A stretch of DNA of 64,000 nt from Lingula anatina. Taxonomy: Eukaryota > Animalia > Brachiopoda. This document shows, piece by piece, positions 1 through 12,324 of this stretch. Under the pieces are notes generated by a model. It worked only from the letters and a program-made list of their open reading frames with translations. It was not told the origin of the DNA and ran no database searches. How positions within the stretch are numbered: position 1 is the first letter of the stretch; each line of letters starts with the position of its first letter. The stretch covers positions 4,154,001 through 4,218,000 of the forward strand of contig CM120646.1 in the NCBI GenBank assembly GCA_051362555.1. Direction: 5' to 3'. The position numbers and the translations under genes were made by a program.

Positions 1-592
1 TTTTCCAAATACGGCTGTCATGAACAGATCCGGGCCATTCAGCTGACACACTAGTGAATCGTTTGCTAGCATCACATGTTGCCTGCACATTCAGTGTGGG
101 CACCCCCTTTCGACAAACGTACTCATCCCCATGTTGTCCAGGTTTTTGGATAAGAATATGAGTGCAATCTAGGGCTCCTATTGCGCAAGGAAAATTGCAT
201 TTTTCCAGCCATGAATCTTTTGCCTTTTGAATGTCATCAGGATCAGTAGGAAACTGTATCCAGATGCTGGCCTTCTCAACCACCTGCTCCAGAACATTAG
301 CAAACGTCCTTGACACAGTACACTGATGGATCCCTATGTCCTTGCCCACTCCAACCTGAAATCCAGGGTCACCAATATAGCGGAGGAAGACTTCCATTCA
401 TTGTTTGTTTGAAAGTGCACCTCCCCTGGTTTCAGAATTTTCAAACAGAAAATGCTCAGCCATCCATGTAACATTTTCCTCCATAAAACGGAATTCTGCA
501 TGGTAAGAAGGTGATGCCTGGTCTCGTCGAGGCTGGTACACCTTCCTCCTAGGACCAAGTTGCATAAATGCAGCCATTTTGCTCACGGTCAA
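1..592 (-). pseudogene. PIF/Harbinger (HARBI1-like DDE) transposase with an in-frame stop; runs off the window edge
   Basis: Reverse translation reads FRFMEENV..RGGALSNKQ*MEVFLRYIGDPGFQVGVGKDIGIHQCTVSRTF..FPCAIGALDCTHILIQKP..YVCRKGVPTLNVQATCDASKRFTSVSAEWPGSVHDSRIWK, with the GAxDCTHI, NVQAxCD and WPGSVHDSRI motifs of the family. TGA at 398-400 interrupts the frame. Confidence 0.92.
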
Positions 593-639
593 CTGAACAC
601 TTCACTTCAAGTTGAAAGTCAAGGTAGATCTGCAGCTAC

Positions 640-863
640 CTTGAAATTTTGAAGCAAATACTAGGACAGTTTGAGCAAATGCTCAGTTTTATACATATGG
701 TTTTTAGCATTTGCTAGAATGAAACAAGTAAATGGTAAATGCTTTTGCTAATACCAATAGCTTTTAGCAGAAGCATTTACTTGGGAGTGTTGTGCATACA
801 GACTGAAGTAATTGCTTCAAATTTTTAAGTTAAAAGCATTTACTTTTTTTATGCATACGGCCC
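640..863 (-). mobile_element. Probable terminal region of the Harbinger element (putative TIR and subterminal repeats)
   Basis: Minus strand begins GGGCCGTATGCATAAAA at 863, and short AGCATTT/AAATGCT motifs repeat in both orientations over 650-845. The partner TIR is outside the window, so this cannot be confirmed. Confidence 0.5.
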
Positions 864-3218
864 ATTGTGTTCTTTTCACAAAAAAATTACCTGTATATAA
901 TTTTGTGATTCCATTAATGGAAGGTTGGTAATTAGTTGTAGTGTAAATCCTTCCATAATCTATGGCTTTGTATGTTCCTGGAAAAACACCATTTCTGTTA
1001 AGTTATATCACTTCGAGTTTTTTCAAGTTTCACAGTAGAGGTCACCCTTTGTAGTTACATAAATTATATAGTTTTAACATTAGGATGTAGTATTGCTATC
1101 TAGTATGTAGGATGATTAATATTGCAATCTTAATAATTGTATAATTATGTTTATCATGTGGCTACAATAGAGTTACTAGATATTTAATGGAATTTGATTC
1201 TGATACATATGTATAATTTAATATGTGTGAAAATGTTTTAGAAAGATAGTTTTTTATCTTACGTAGCTCCAGCATGGAATGTGCAGGGATGAGATTTCTC
1301 CAACTATCAGCAGATTTCTGACTTTTTGGGAGCCAAAAATATCACTGGCCTAGGTCCCCACCCCCACCCCACACCATCTTTTTCTACTTTTTTGCTTAAG
1401 GGCAGTCTTGTCCCTTGTCCTAGAATGTTACACTAGTCTACAGGCCTATCCAACTACCAGACACGTCCCAATGGAGCTGAGATTTAATGACTGTACCCCC
1501 ACAGGGACGATGCGTGGGGAGGCGTGTGAGAGGCGGAGAGACTATTAAAAGATTAGGCGGTTTTTCTTTCATGTACGCCCGTCATATTTAGTTTGTGGAT
1601 TTGTAGAGCCATGGCTCAACTCGTTGTGAATGCGGTCTAAGTATCTGCCGAATGGTGTGATTATTAATGTCATCTTGACTATCCTCAAAATTTCAAGGAA
1701 TGTTCCTCGAGAAGGGTACAGAAAGACCCTCGTCCCAACTTTACAGAATCACAGTCAAATAGTATTCAGACCAGTGCTTCAATTTTATGATTCCCAGGTT
1801 AAAGTAAAAATACATAGAAATTAATGGCTAAAAATGTATTAGGAATCAGTTGTGATATTAACCAAGATTTTTTGTATTTGGGAGTATGGGACCGAAATTT
1901 TGAACAGTTAAAAAATTTTATCCTGTTTTTCTGATCTCTTGTGAATTGCAAGAACTGACTGAAAATAAACAAGAAACCTAAAGGAATTTATCACAATTAA
2001 AGTCAGGACCCTGACATTCATGAGTTCCTGGTGGTTCGTGGAATTCGTAGTTGGTGTGGAATAGGGGTATAACTAATAACAGGATGGAGAGTAGCTGCCT
2101 TTTCTGTACTAGGACCTGAGTGCATGGGTGTCCAAGGACATACGTACCGTACAAATATTTCAAGTAATGGTAGCAGGCATTTGCTTGTACATTATCAACT
2201 AATGCTGACTTTGTGGGGCCATTCACTCTCTATTGAGTTCATAACAATTAAGATTTTAGATGAATCAAATTCTGGAACTTTTGATGTGGTAAAATTCAAT
2301 AAGAAACTGATGTTGTGGCCCCATCCTGAGAGCTCTTACTAGGTAATATACTAACCTTGTCGGACTGGTCACTTCATTTATTATCATAAAATTTTTACCA
2401 CATATCATGTTCCAAAATCTTATTTATCCATGTTATTGATTTGAATTCTACTTGATGACTCTAAGTAGAATTATTCAATCGGGTGGTGTTCACATTTTAT
2501 CAATGTTCTTTGAATTTAACAAATTAAAAGTGGAGCCTTTAGTTCTAGAGGTGACATTGAAAGTTTTAATTTGTAAGGTTAACATTTCACGTGGGCTTAA
2601 ACATTAGTGACCAATTTTCAAATTATGTAGCAAATTGCATGTTTCCCATGTATTAATTCATATAATAGAGTAACTAATGAGCAGTTTATTAATGAGGGTG
2701 CCTAATGTTATATGTAATTAGCAGTTGGCATAATTTATTAAATTGTGCAACCTGTTCTTATATAAACTGCCGTAAGGCTATCTGGACCTGCAATGTTAAG
2801 TTTATTCAACACTAAATGTTTAGACCTATTTTTTTTCATAACGAATTGTCTGTAAGACCATGATTTTTGTTTCTTGTTTGATGTATCGTCATGTCATTTT
2901 TGTAAGTACTAGTAGATAGCCATATTTTTTTTTGTCTGATAATATTGACACAGTTCAATTCCCCCCCCCCCCTTTTTTTTGTTACAGTAGCCAAACATCT
3001 CCAAAATCATCTTCACAAGTTGTTTTCCCCTACAGTCCTTAGGTGTGACCTCAAACTTTGTAAAGTTTTATTATTATTATTATTATTTTTTGTACAATTT
3101 TTGTAAAATTGTATTTTTCATTTTTATCTGTTTAAAGCCATCCAAGCCGGGATTTTGAACACATTCTAGGTGGCACTGCATGAATGGCTTCTTGTTGAAC
3201 TTACCTGAGAACGGTTAA

Positions 3219-3392
3219 CTGGGGTAGCGCTAGCAATTTTTTTTCGCTTAGCCAAATCACCACATTTTTGTCAATTTGTTATCAAAATAGTTATAATTTG
3301 GCTAAAACATGTCAAATCAAGCCCCTTTTCTTTAGCCAATTTAAGTCAGTTTTAGCATTTGGCTAAATTGGCGAGTGTTAGCGCTACCCCAG
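3219..3392. mobile_element. MITE with TIRs CTGGGGTAGCGCTA / TAGCGCTACCCCAG
   Basis: 14-bp perfect inverted ends, GTTAA on both flanks, internal TAGCCAA/TTGGCTA repeats. Confidence 0.7.
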
Positions 3393-3532
3393 GTTAATCA
3401 ATACTGCAAAAAGTAACCATATACACCTTCCCCTGTCCAACCTCGATTGTCGGCCATCTTGACATAGCTATAGTATTTTCATTTAGCATGGAAAACAGTA
3501 GTAGGAAGGAATGTAACATGTTGGTTGCACCA

Positions 3533-3683
3533 ATTTTTCACTGCTTATATTAAGAGAATTTGCATGTCAATAAATAAACATCACATACTAGTACATGTAT
3601 GCTTTTATATCTTTTTCACTGCTTGTATTAAAAGAATTTGCATGTCAATAAATAAACTTCACATATGGTTTAATATCTTTACT
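3533..3683. repeat. Tandem duplication of about 78 bp
   Basis: TTTTTCACTGCTT(A/G)TATTAA(G/A)AGAATTTGCATGTCAATAAATAAAC occurs twice. Confidence 0.8.
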
Positions 3684-4205
3684 AGATTGAAGAGAAAAAG
3701 AGGCAATTGAAAATTCAAGACTGGGACAACCATTTACAAGGCAAGGGGTACAGGTCGAAGGTCAAGCCTGGACAGGTAAGTGTCATTTTAGGAACCTTCG
3801 CTTTTCATTCCCATAATTATTAGAAGGGGAACAAATGGGATCAACTAACTATTAGAAGGGGTTTTCCTAGGATTTAGGGTGCAGGGAGTCCAAAATGTGA
3901 ATAAATTTGATCATCAGTTTAGAAGGAGTCCAACCCAAGCCAGCCCAACCTACCAACCCCAAAATTTTGTTAGCCGTCCATGGAAATATAGGCCGTCTTT
4001 TGAGGCTAATGTCCATCCAAATGTCGACTGAACGGCTCGCTGAGGAAAGCCTTGCTCATTAGGCAAATAGAGGCTGATAGAAACTGGCAAATTTGTAGAA
4101 TGTTGTTCTTGCAACTGATGTCATTCAAACAGAGTCTAGATATTAAATATGTTTTTAAGTTAACAATTAAAATCTTTTTTGATATGTTATTTGACGAGAT
4201 AACTG

Positions 4206-4378
4206 CAGGCCTGTAGCCAGCAATTTCAAAAGGTTTTTTTTTTTCTGAAAAAGTGGACCTTTAACCATGAAACCTTCATGAACCTAAATAAAATTTTACC
4301 CAGAGGGGACCTTTTCCCTGCAATAAGGGGGGTTCTTTCAACCCCCCCCCAACCCCCCACCCCCTGGCTACAGGCCTG
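4206..4378. mobile_element. MITE CAGGCCTGTAGCCAG...CTGGCTACAGGCCTG (copy 1)
   Basis: 15-bp perfect TIR; flanks TAACTG and TTACTG resemble a decayed TSD; related copy at 20443-20763. Confidence 0.75.
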
Positions 4379-5253
4379 TTACTGTAAATATTTTTTTTTT
4401 AAATATTCCATCAAATATTGTGTATTGTTATTGTATAAAGTGAATTTTGTCTGTAATTCTTTTGCATCTAGGTGACTAGATGATGACTTCTTTTGTTAAC
4501 TGAAGAGCTTGCTATCCAGCAAACAAAAGAATGAATGCTGGAGAGCAAGCTCCTCTGTTAATAAAAGAAGTCAACATCTAGCCATTTTGCTGCAAAAGGC
4601 CTATTGTGAAATGTTCTATGGGTATTGGGTATTCCTACTGGTACACAGTATAATGCCATCACATGCCACGTTTTTGATATCATTGTCTTATGACGCGTCC
4701 CTTAAAATATAATGTGACATTATTGCATGTTTAAAGGAGATACATCATTCCATTTCCCTAGCAATGTGGGTTGCATTCGTGTTGTGATCGCATTACAGTC
4801 ACTGTGTTTAGCAAATGTAGGCATCGGAAAGTGCTGAGATCAAGAGGTCACGTTTGGATTTTCATCATTTTTTTATTAACCAATAACTATAGAGTCTGAC
4901 GTATTTCCATAAAATAAATGCTTCAGATTCATTCTTATTAGTGATCAGCTCAAGTCAATGTCAAGACGTTTTCACATTGAGTTGTATACTTTTGAGTAAC
5001 ACCTATAACAGTGCTCTTTTAGAGTGACAAAATAATAGCCTAGACTTGTTACAATATTGGAGGGTCACTTAAACAGATACCCTTTACTAGACATGTTGCA
5101 TTGCATTAACTTAAGAGTTCTCTTATGTTCATGTTCTGAACATGAGAAGCGGGGTTTGTCAACTAGGTGTTGATGTCCCTGATGTAATTGTAGTCCTCTG
5201 CCTACAGGAGAGCGTGCTAACTACCACTGACGTCACTGCTGTGACTGGTATTA

Positions 5254-5493
5254 CAATGTTTTGGACACTGTTTGTCTATTGCCATGATTATATGTCTTTA
5301 GAAGGTATTATAATAGCAAGTAACAGTTATTTTTTAACTAAATGCATTTGCAATAAGTTATGCAAATTCATATGACAATGTTTTGGACACTGTTTTGTCT
5401 ATTGCCATGATAGTGTTTTTATAACTTACAGGTATTAGCAAGTAAGAGTTATTTTTTAATTAAATGCATTTGCAATAAGTTATGCAAGTTCAT
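5254..5493. repeat. Tandem duplication of about 120 bp downstream of the neuropeptide gene
   Basis: ACAATGTTTTGGACACTG...TAAATGCATTTGCAATAAGTTATGCAA occurs twice. Confidence 0.8.
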
Positions 5494-5742
5494 AGCTTTA
5501 TTTTTTTTAAACAGATTGTGCAAAGATTGACAATAGGGCAATTAAATGCATTTGCACAAAGTAATTTACGTTAACAGTTAGAAAATGTTTATTGTCAACA
5601 TTTCAGTCTATACAGTGCCATTTTGCAATACAGATTGTTCAAGTTTACCAATAGTTCTGTAAATGTCAGTCTATTGTGATAGTTTGATACTCAGATAGTA
5701 GCAATTAATAGACATGTAATATGTACTGTAAAAGATAAATAG

Positions 5743-6291
5743 TTATCCATAGCGTATTTTAGCTCCTGCGCTTTGCTCGGGGCTGGTCAGACTGACTCCT
5801 ACATTGATACACCCTAAAGATGGCGAGCAGTGCGTGTAACGTTTTGGCAACTTGGGTATCCAGTTCCTTTTTGTTGGAGAGATTGGCTTTTTTTCCCGCG
5901 TGTTGTCCCATGCTTTGAGATGTGTGAGTAGAGATCCCATGTTGACTAGTGCTCTCCAATACTTATATGCAGGACTGAGGGGGGTCTGCACACCAGATGG
6001 GACTTCCACCTTTGTAATCGTACTCTCTCCCTTTTCTCCAAGGCGTGGCATTAAAGAAAAGCCAAATCTGTCAAGTTCCTCATCGTTGCTTCCTGTGGTT
6101 CTGGGGTTGGCCATTGTATTCAGTTTATTCTGAAGCTGTTGAAAGAAGGTTGCAAATCCTTTGTTCTGGCTCGGAAGCTCTCCATCTGGATATACTTGTG
6201 GTTGATCTTGCATGTCCCCAAAGTAAAACGATGCTGACATAGATAGGTTGACAGCAAGAGAGAGAATTGACAGTATCAAAACCCACTTCAT
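5743..6291 (-). CDS. Secreted neuropeptide/prohormone precursor (182 aa) ending in RY-G; NKY-like candidate
   Basis: Hydrophobic signal peptide MKWVLILSILSLAVNLSMS; KK/KR dibasic sites; final KR-YTHCSPSLGCINVGVSLTSPEQSAGAKIRY-G-stop gives an amidation Gly. Acceptor ttttttcAG lies 2 nt upstream of the ATG; AATAAA (minus) at 5588-5593. Confidence 0.85.
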   Translation of the reverse strand: MKWVLILSILSLAVNLSMSASFYFGDMQDQPQVYPDGELPSQNKGFATFFQQLQNKLNTMANPRTTGSNDEELDRFGFSLMPRLGEKGESTITKVEVPSGVQTPLSPAYKYWRALVNMGSLLTHLKAWDNTREKKPISPTKRNWIPKLPKRYTHCSPSLGCINVGVSLTSPEQSAGAKIRYG

Positions 6292-8318
6292 CTCTGAAAA
6301 AAAGGCACAATGTTGCTTTTAGTATTAAGGCGAAGTTTGGAAATGCAGTGATATAAGAAGACTTAAATATTTATATTTTTTCAATGTATATACATTCTCA
6401 AAATATTTAAAAAAAATATTTGGTGCTTTATTTATTTATTTATTTATTTTATTATTTATTTATTTATTTATTTTAAGATTGAGAAGATATTTCTTTGTTA
6501 TGTTCAGTTAAAGATGATGCAAAAAATAAATGATTTTTTCTTCAATTATACCAGGCAATGCCGTTTTGAAAGATCCACATCTAATTTCATAGAAGCTATT
6601 TACAAACGATTAATATCTTTATGCTTGTAACCCTATCCTATCTACCCATCTGCTATCTGGGCAATTCTGTGAGATTGCCTCAATTCCATTAGGCTAAATG
6701 CTGCCAAATGCTCTATAAAAAATTCAGTGCTTGGTATCATTCATTGTCTGTGATACAGATCTGAATGTTAGCACTGAAATGGGGATTTGTTGAATGATAT
6801 CCGTCCATGTCCGTGTATGTCCATTGAGACCCAGGTGTAGTGTCAGAGTTCTAACCAGCTGTGCAGATGGAGATTTCAGCTCGATGTCTTATTGTGCATC
6901 AGCGATGGAAATTGCTAGGGTAATTAGATAGCGATATCATTTTACCAACTACTGATGCTTAAATGCCATTTGGTCTTTCAGTCCCTGTTGATAGAGAGAA
7001 ACTATGTTTAGTGCTTATGTGGTGTCAGGCCATTGTCTGTCTGAATAGAGAGATAAAAAGTCATTTTGTTTCCTTTTTGGGGTGAAAATGGCATTTGTTC
7101 ATACTCACCCTTTGAGGAATTTACACCAAAATTCAGTGGACTTTGACACATGGCAAATCTTTGGTGGAGATTTCATGTAAATTGCATGAGACTGAAACTT
7201 TATCTTCGTGTTTGACATATCATGAAAAAGGTTTAAAAAAAGGGCTAAGCTGATTAATAAACTGTTTTGTTGAGCAAATATTCCATGCAGAATTGATGAG
7301 CTTTCGTGTCAGGTACAACAGCTACATGTACTAGAACATTACTTTATGCCGACCTATGGACTCCAAGTGTATTTCAATTATGATTATTTTTTAACCATAG
7401 TCCTACAGACTGATCCAACCTGTGACTTATCTATTCTATACCACATACCAGTCTCATGCACTATACCACTTATTGGTAAGTGGACACAAGGTTCTTGGTT
7501 TTAACTGTACACCAACAAAGGCGGCTAATGGATGAAACTTGAAGGTTCCAAGAGGGGCGCTATTGGCAAATTGCTATAGTTTTTGTAAAAGTTCTGATTT
7601 GAGTAGCGTATATCATGAATAACGTGGATATTTGATTATCTGGACATGCACAACTATTTAAAATAAGTATGCGCCACTGCATGTTATAACAGTGTCCCAA
7701 ACCAGTAAAAAATAAAACAAGTTTATGTATAAATTGCAAGATTATCCCTGCCATCCTGCAAAAACTCACACTGTTATTTTAGCCACAATTTAGCTTTGTT
7801 TATGATGCTTTTAAAACCCCAGTAGGAATGGCAAGATGTAAAAAGGTGGAATATTAGGTATACTTTTTCTGAAGTTTATAATAATCCATGTTGGTCATTT
7901 TTTAATACTGTCTTTTCTCTCAGCTTAAGAATAATTGTTGCAATATATCTTATTTGATTGAACTTAAATTTTCTGTTTTTTTTTCTTTCTTTTTTTTTTT
8001 AGAATTTTTATGGAGAGATGAGACATTCACATTCACAACGAATTCAGCACTTCATTTCTGGTGTTCTACATGGTTTTTCTCTTTTATTTTCCTTACATTT
8101 CTATTAATCTTTTTCAAAGAAACCTATTTATTCTTACCTTGTTTAGTGTAATGACCATGTATTTATTGCTCTGATAATGATGAGTTTTTGCAAAGATTGG
8201 ATGTTTTTGTTGAGAAAATTAATGTAATTGAAAAGAGTTGATCTAAGATACTTTGACATGTTATTTATTTCATTTCCAAGTTAAACTCAACATTTCTAAA
8301 TGAAGTTGAAGTACTTAC

Positions 8319-8453
8319 TTGTTTCTTAAACAACTCTGATAACAAGTTGCTGCAATGCTCGAAAGGTGTGTTATCCCTAAATACTGAGCGGCTTGTTGTA
8401 GGTTACTTCAGGTTCCAAATACGTCAGTTTGAGTTGGCAGGCACAGTTTTATA
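8319..8453 (-). promoter_or_regulatory. Putative non-coding exon 1 and TATA box of the neuropeptide gene
   Basis: Minus-strand donor AA|GTAAGTA at 8319/8318, TATAAAA at 8453-8447 and a CRE-like TGACGT near 8426-8421. Confidence 0.5.
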
Positions 8454-10859
8454 GCAACTTGCTGTTTCTGATACTGTTTTTTCCTTCTCTTTCTTTTTTC
8501 CTTTTTTTTCACTGCTCTCTTTTATGTTGCACCTTTACAGTGTGTCTAGCAAGTGAAATGTATCTTTAAAACTCAAGGCTGTGCAGACTTGCCATTCTTT
8601 GTCCCTTCGTTATGTTTGGTACTATTCTGTATACTGCAACTCTTGAGAATGTGAAGTCCGTCGTGATTCAGCTTCTGATCAGTAATACCGTCAAATGTTA
8701 CAAGCACACTGCTTTTATACCAGTGTAAATCCTTTTTGTTAGCCTTTAGTAGGTGATGTTTTGTCAAGTTGGAATCATGTTTATACTGCTTACATGACAC
8801 TTTCACACAATTGCCGTAATTGTGGAATATTAACTGTGGAAAATACTCAACTTGGGTTGGTTCATTTCTGAAAACTGAAGTAGCAAATGAGATCGTAGGA
8901 TTGTGAGATTGTCATGTCATGGTGCAACTCTTGCAATCAGCCACTAGGCCTGCCAGAACTACTTTTGGCAGTCTGTGCTTTAACTACAAAAGATAATTTT
9001 AATTTATGAATTTCATTGCCAGCAAAATAAATGGTAAATTTGACTTGACTTGACTATCTTCTTCGTGCCGATGTGGAAAATAAGGCAGACACCAGAACTT
9101 GCAATGGTAAATTTACCAAATGGTATTTATAACCATGTCTGACAGAGGGCACAGCTTCTCTTATAGTACTAGTGCTCAGTAAATTTCTTTTATTGCAGAG
9201 TTTTCAAGGGAGAATCTTCCAAGGCATTGGCCGTAGATAAACACCTGTACATAAAACAATCACCTGCACCATATTGGAGAGTGAAATCTATAGAAACAGG
9301 GATAGATCCAGAGTTATTCTCTGAAAGTCTTCCAACTTATCTTTGTTGATCCATCCTACATCTTTGACCATCTTCTGACAGAAAAAAATTAGATGTCCAT
9401 CAAAATAAACTTGAAAAATTCTGACCGGCTTCTGGAAGACCGAGAAGACGCCCTCCGTCCTCCCCCTGAGAAAGGCATACTTTTATGTCTTGTTGCAGAA
9501 AAAACTTTAAATTAAAATTTTTCTTTTTTGCTTAAGCGTTAGTTTTGGTCCTGTAGCGCAGGTTAGAAAGGGACCTGATTGGGTCACTTGTTAAAAGTTA
9601 TGATGCCTTTAATACTGACACTGTCTTTACACACTGTTGACTTGTCTCAGCCTATCTTGGTTATTCAGTCTCCAACCACAGGGGGGCGCTATAGTCTAGT
9701 CGGTTAAAAATCGAAGAAAAGACCCCTGTCAGATTTGAGATGATCAAGCTGTACACTGTTATGTAACTTCCCCACCCCTTGAAAACTGGCACGTACAGCA
9801 GCAGAGGTGATTTTTAAAAATCTTAGGGTTGGGTGTTATGCCAAAGCTGGGCACTTAGAGTAGGTCTGATGCTGTGTTTGACCTAATCTTTGCACCTGTG
9901 TTAAAATACGTTATTTAACATGGACAGAGATGCCCACTACCCAACACCTAGTTTTTACATTGCCCTTCCAGAGAAATATAACAGGTGGGTCTAGGGACAG
10001 ACAGTAATAATTTCAGATCACGCAGGGATCCTGTCTTCCCCTGGGGAACATTGTTATGAGTGGAACAGGTTTAAAAAGCATGTTACTTTGCATAGTGCCT
10101 GCATGAATTGGCCTGTTGCTGGCTGTCAATCATTGACAACTCTTATCCAATCAGTATGCAGTATTTTTCACACCCCAGGCCTTATCAAGAATAAGCCATA
10201 ATTTTTTCTACACAAGCAACATGCTTGGTGTCCTGTTGGAGCAGCTTGGTTTGAATAAAAAAAGAGGATTTTTAAGAAAAAATATGAAGTGTCAAGTGAT
10301 CACTCCCTTTAATTTCTTACACACTAATAATAATTCCCTTTTTTCTTTCTTAGTTTTTTAAAAATTCTATCTTAGTTTTTTTCATAGAAATGGTAAAAAT
10401 AAGTAATGATTATCGATATTCCACACAAGACAGTCATAATCTTGAATAGTAAGGAACCAGGTATATCACCATATTGTTCCAAATACTTCACAGAATTTTG
10501 AGGAAAGCTTTGTCTCACAATGTTGGATGTTAATTCTAGCTAAGAAAAAAAAATAGAGGCGAAAGATTTGTTGTTCATTCATATATGTATGTAGCCCACT
10601 TAAAGGTACATACGAACCGAGCATCGGTGGAGTGTGGATTCCCAGTAACACATGTAAACCACTTCTACTACTTTCTAATACGACTCAAATAAATTCGACA
10701 TGCCAAGGGATAAACTGAATAGATCACTCGATCAGCCATAAAAGACCTTAAGACTGCTCCTTTCTTTAAATTTTTGGTTGGAAATTTAACCTACTTTCAT
10801 GACCTACTTTTCTGCCCCATTGACATACAGCTTATAATGCCAGCAGAAAAAAACGTTCA

Positions 10860-11505
10860 AACATCATTTTCGGGTCAAATTAAACAATGCCTTTTGGTAA
10901 TTCTCTTAGCTATACTACTTGAAACTATATGCTGGCATTTGGTTGGTTTTGGTGACAAAAAATTGACTTTGTATGCATCTTTAATGTTACACCTCATCTT
11001 CCCATATTGTAAAGATTTGAAGATACCTTACTTGAAAATGGGTATTGTAATAACTTTGAGGGTATTCAGAAAAATGGACTAACAGATCATGGATTAAATA
11101 TGGTAGTGACCAACTTAAAAGTGATGCTCCTTATCTCCTGATGGTCTCCCCACCTCCACAAGCGCCATAGCTGCAGGGGCCAAGCAGTTAAACATCGGAG
11201 CCGAAACTTAATCCATTTAATAGCACATGCAGAGATAGGGAGACCACCAGGATTTTAAGAAGCTTCCTTTTAAGCGGGGTCGGCCATATTTGGTTGGGGG
11301 ATCAGTTAGTTCGTGGATTATGTGTTTTGAATGCGCTCTTTGTGTTTACCTGACAGAAAAAGCTACCGTTGAGTTCTCTTAGAGATGCATTTAAAAAAGT
11401 GAAATTTTTGCCACAAAAGCCAACCAAATGCCACTGTATAGCTTCAAATACTAAAACTTATAGAAATACCAAAGGACACCGTTTCGTATTATCCAAAAAA
11501 TGATA
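10860..11505. mobile_element. Degenerate palindromic (foldback) element of about 650 bp
   Basis: 10888-10982 (TTGAAACTATATGCTGGCATTTGGTTGGTTTTGGTGACAAAAAATT..ATGCATCT) is the imperfect reverse complement of 11381-11475; the inner part carries ACTAACAGATC...GATCAGTTAGT arms shared with other MITEs here. Confidence 0.65.
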
Positions 11506-12104
11506 TCAGTACAGATTGTCACCATATGTGACAGTGGTGACAACTCGGCCTCAGTTCACCGGATTCATGAAGGCCTTTTGTGAGGAGGCCGAAACGTGTG
11601 ACCTCTGTTTCAGAACATAAGGTCCCTTGTGAGAATCGGTTTCAGTTTCATCTTTATCTTGGCCATTTACACAAGTTATTACCACCAATTGAAACAGGCA
11701 TTTATATTTTTCAAGTGGCCACTTTTAAAAGATGCAGAGAGAGACTGGTTGGTGGCGTTTATATATCTCAGACAATGAAATTGTGAGTACAATAGTTGGA
11801 TAAGATTGATGTTAATCAGTGGACCTATGGCTGCCTTTACCTTGTTATGTTCATGACAGTTATAGGAATTGTGTTAGTTGCATGATGATATTTCTGGGAA
11901 AGGAAGTTTAATGTAATTTTTCATTGTGAAAATATTTATGAATAGCATATAGTTAATTAACTTAATCTGTTGACAGAACATAGCAAATTACACTATTCAG
12001 CATTTTTAATAACAGCTGAATTGAAATTGATTGCATCGTCACGCTAAGATCAATATTTACAGTCACTGGGAAGTCGCATTATTACATGTTTTGGACCATC
12101 TTAA

Positions 12105-12324
12105 CGTGCATTCGCTACCCAAGTTGATCAGACTAACAGATCTGCTGACCAAATGTGGCCAACCAACTTGATATCATTACCCTAGGTTCTAGATTCCGGT
12201 ATTGCCAGCTCGATCTTGATTTCATATATAACCCATATCAGCAATACCAGGTTCTAGCGAACAGCGGCCATATTTGATCCAGAGACCTGTTAGTCTGCGG
12301 ATCAACTTTCTTGTGAATGCACCC
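12105..12324. mobile_element. Palindromic MITE flanked by TTAA
   Basis: GTGCATTC..AAGTTGATC..AGACTAACAG arm versus CTGTTAGTCT..GATCAACTT..GAATGCAC arm; TTAA at 12101-12104 and 12325-12328. Confidence 0.7.

Noticed and set aside
1630-2342. Short ORFs right of the Harbinger element as its Myb/SANT partner gene
   Set aside because: They lie outside the putative terminus, lack a Trp-spaced Myb pattern and are broken by stops.
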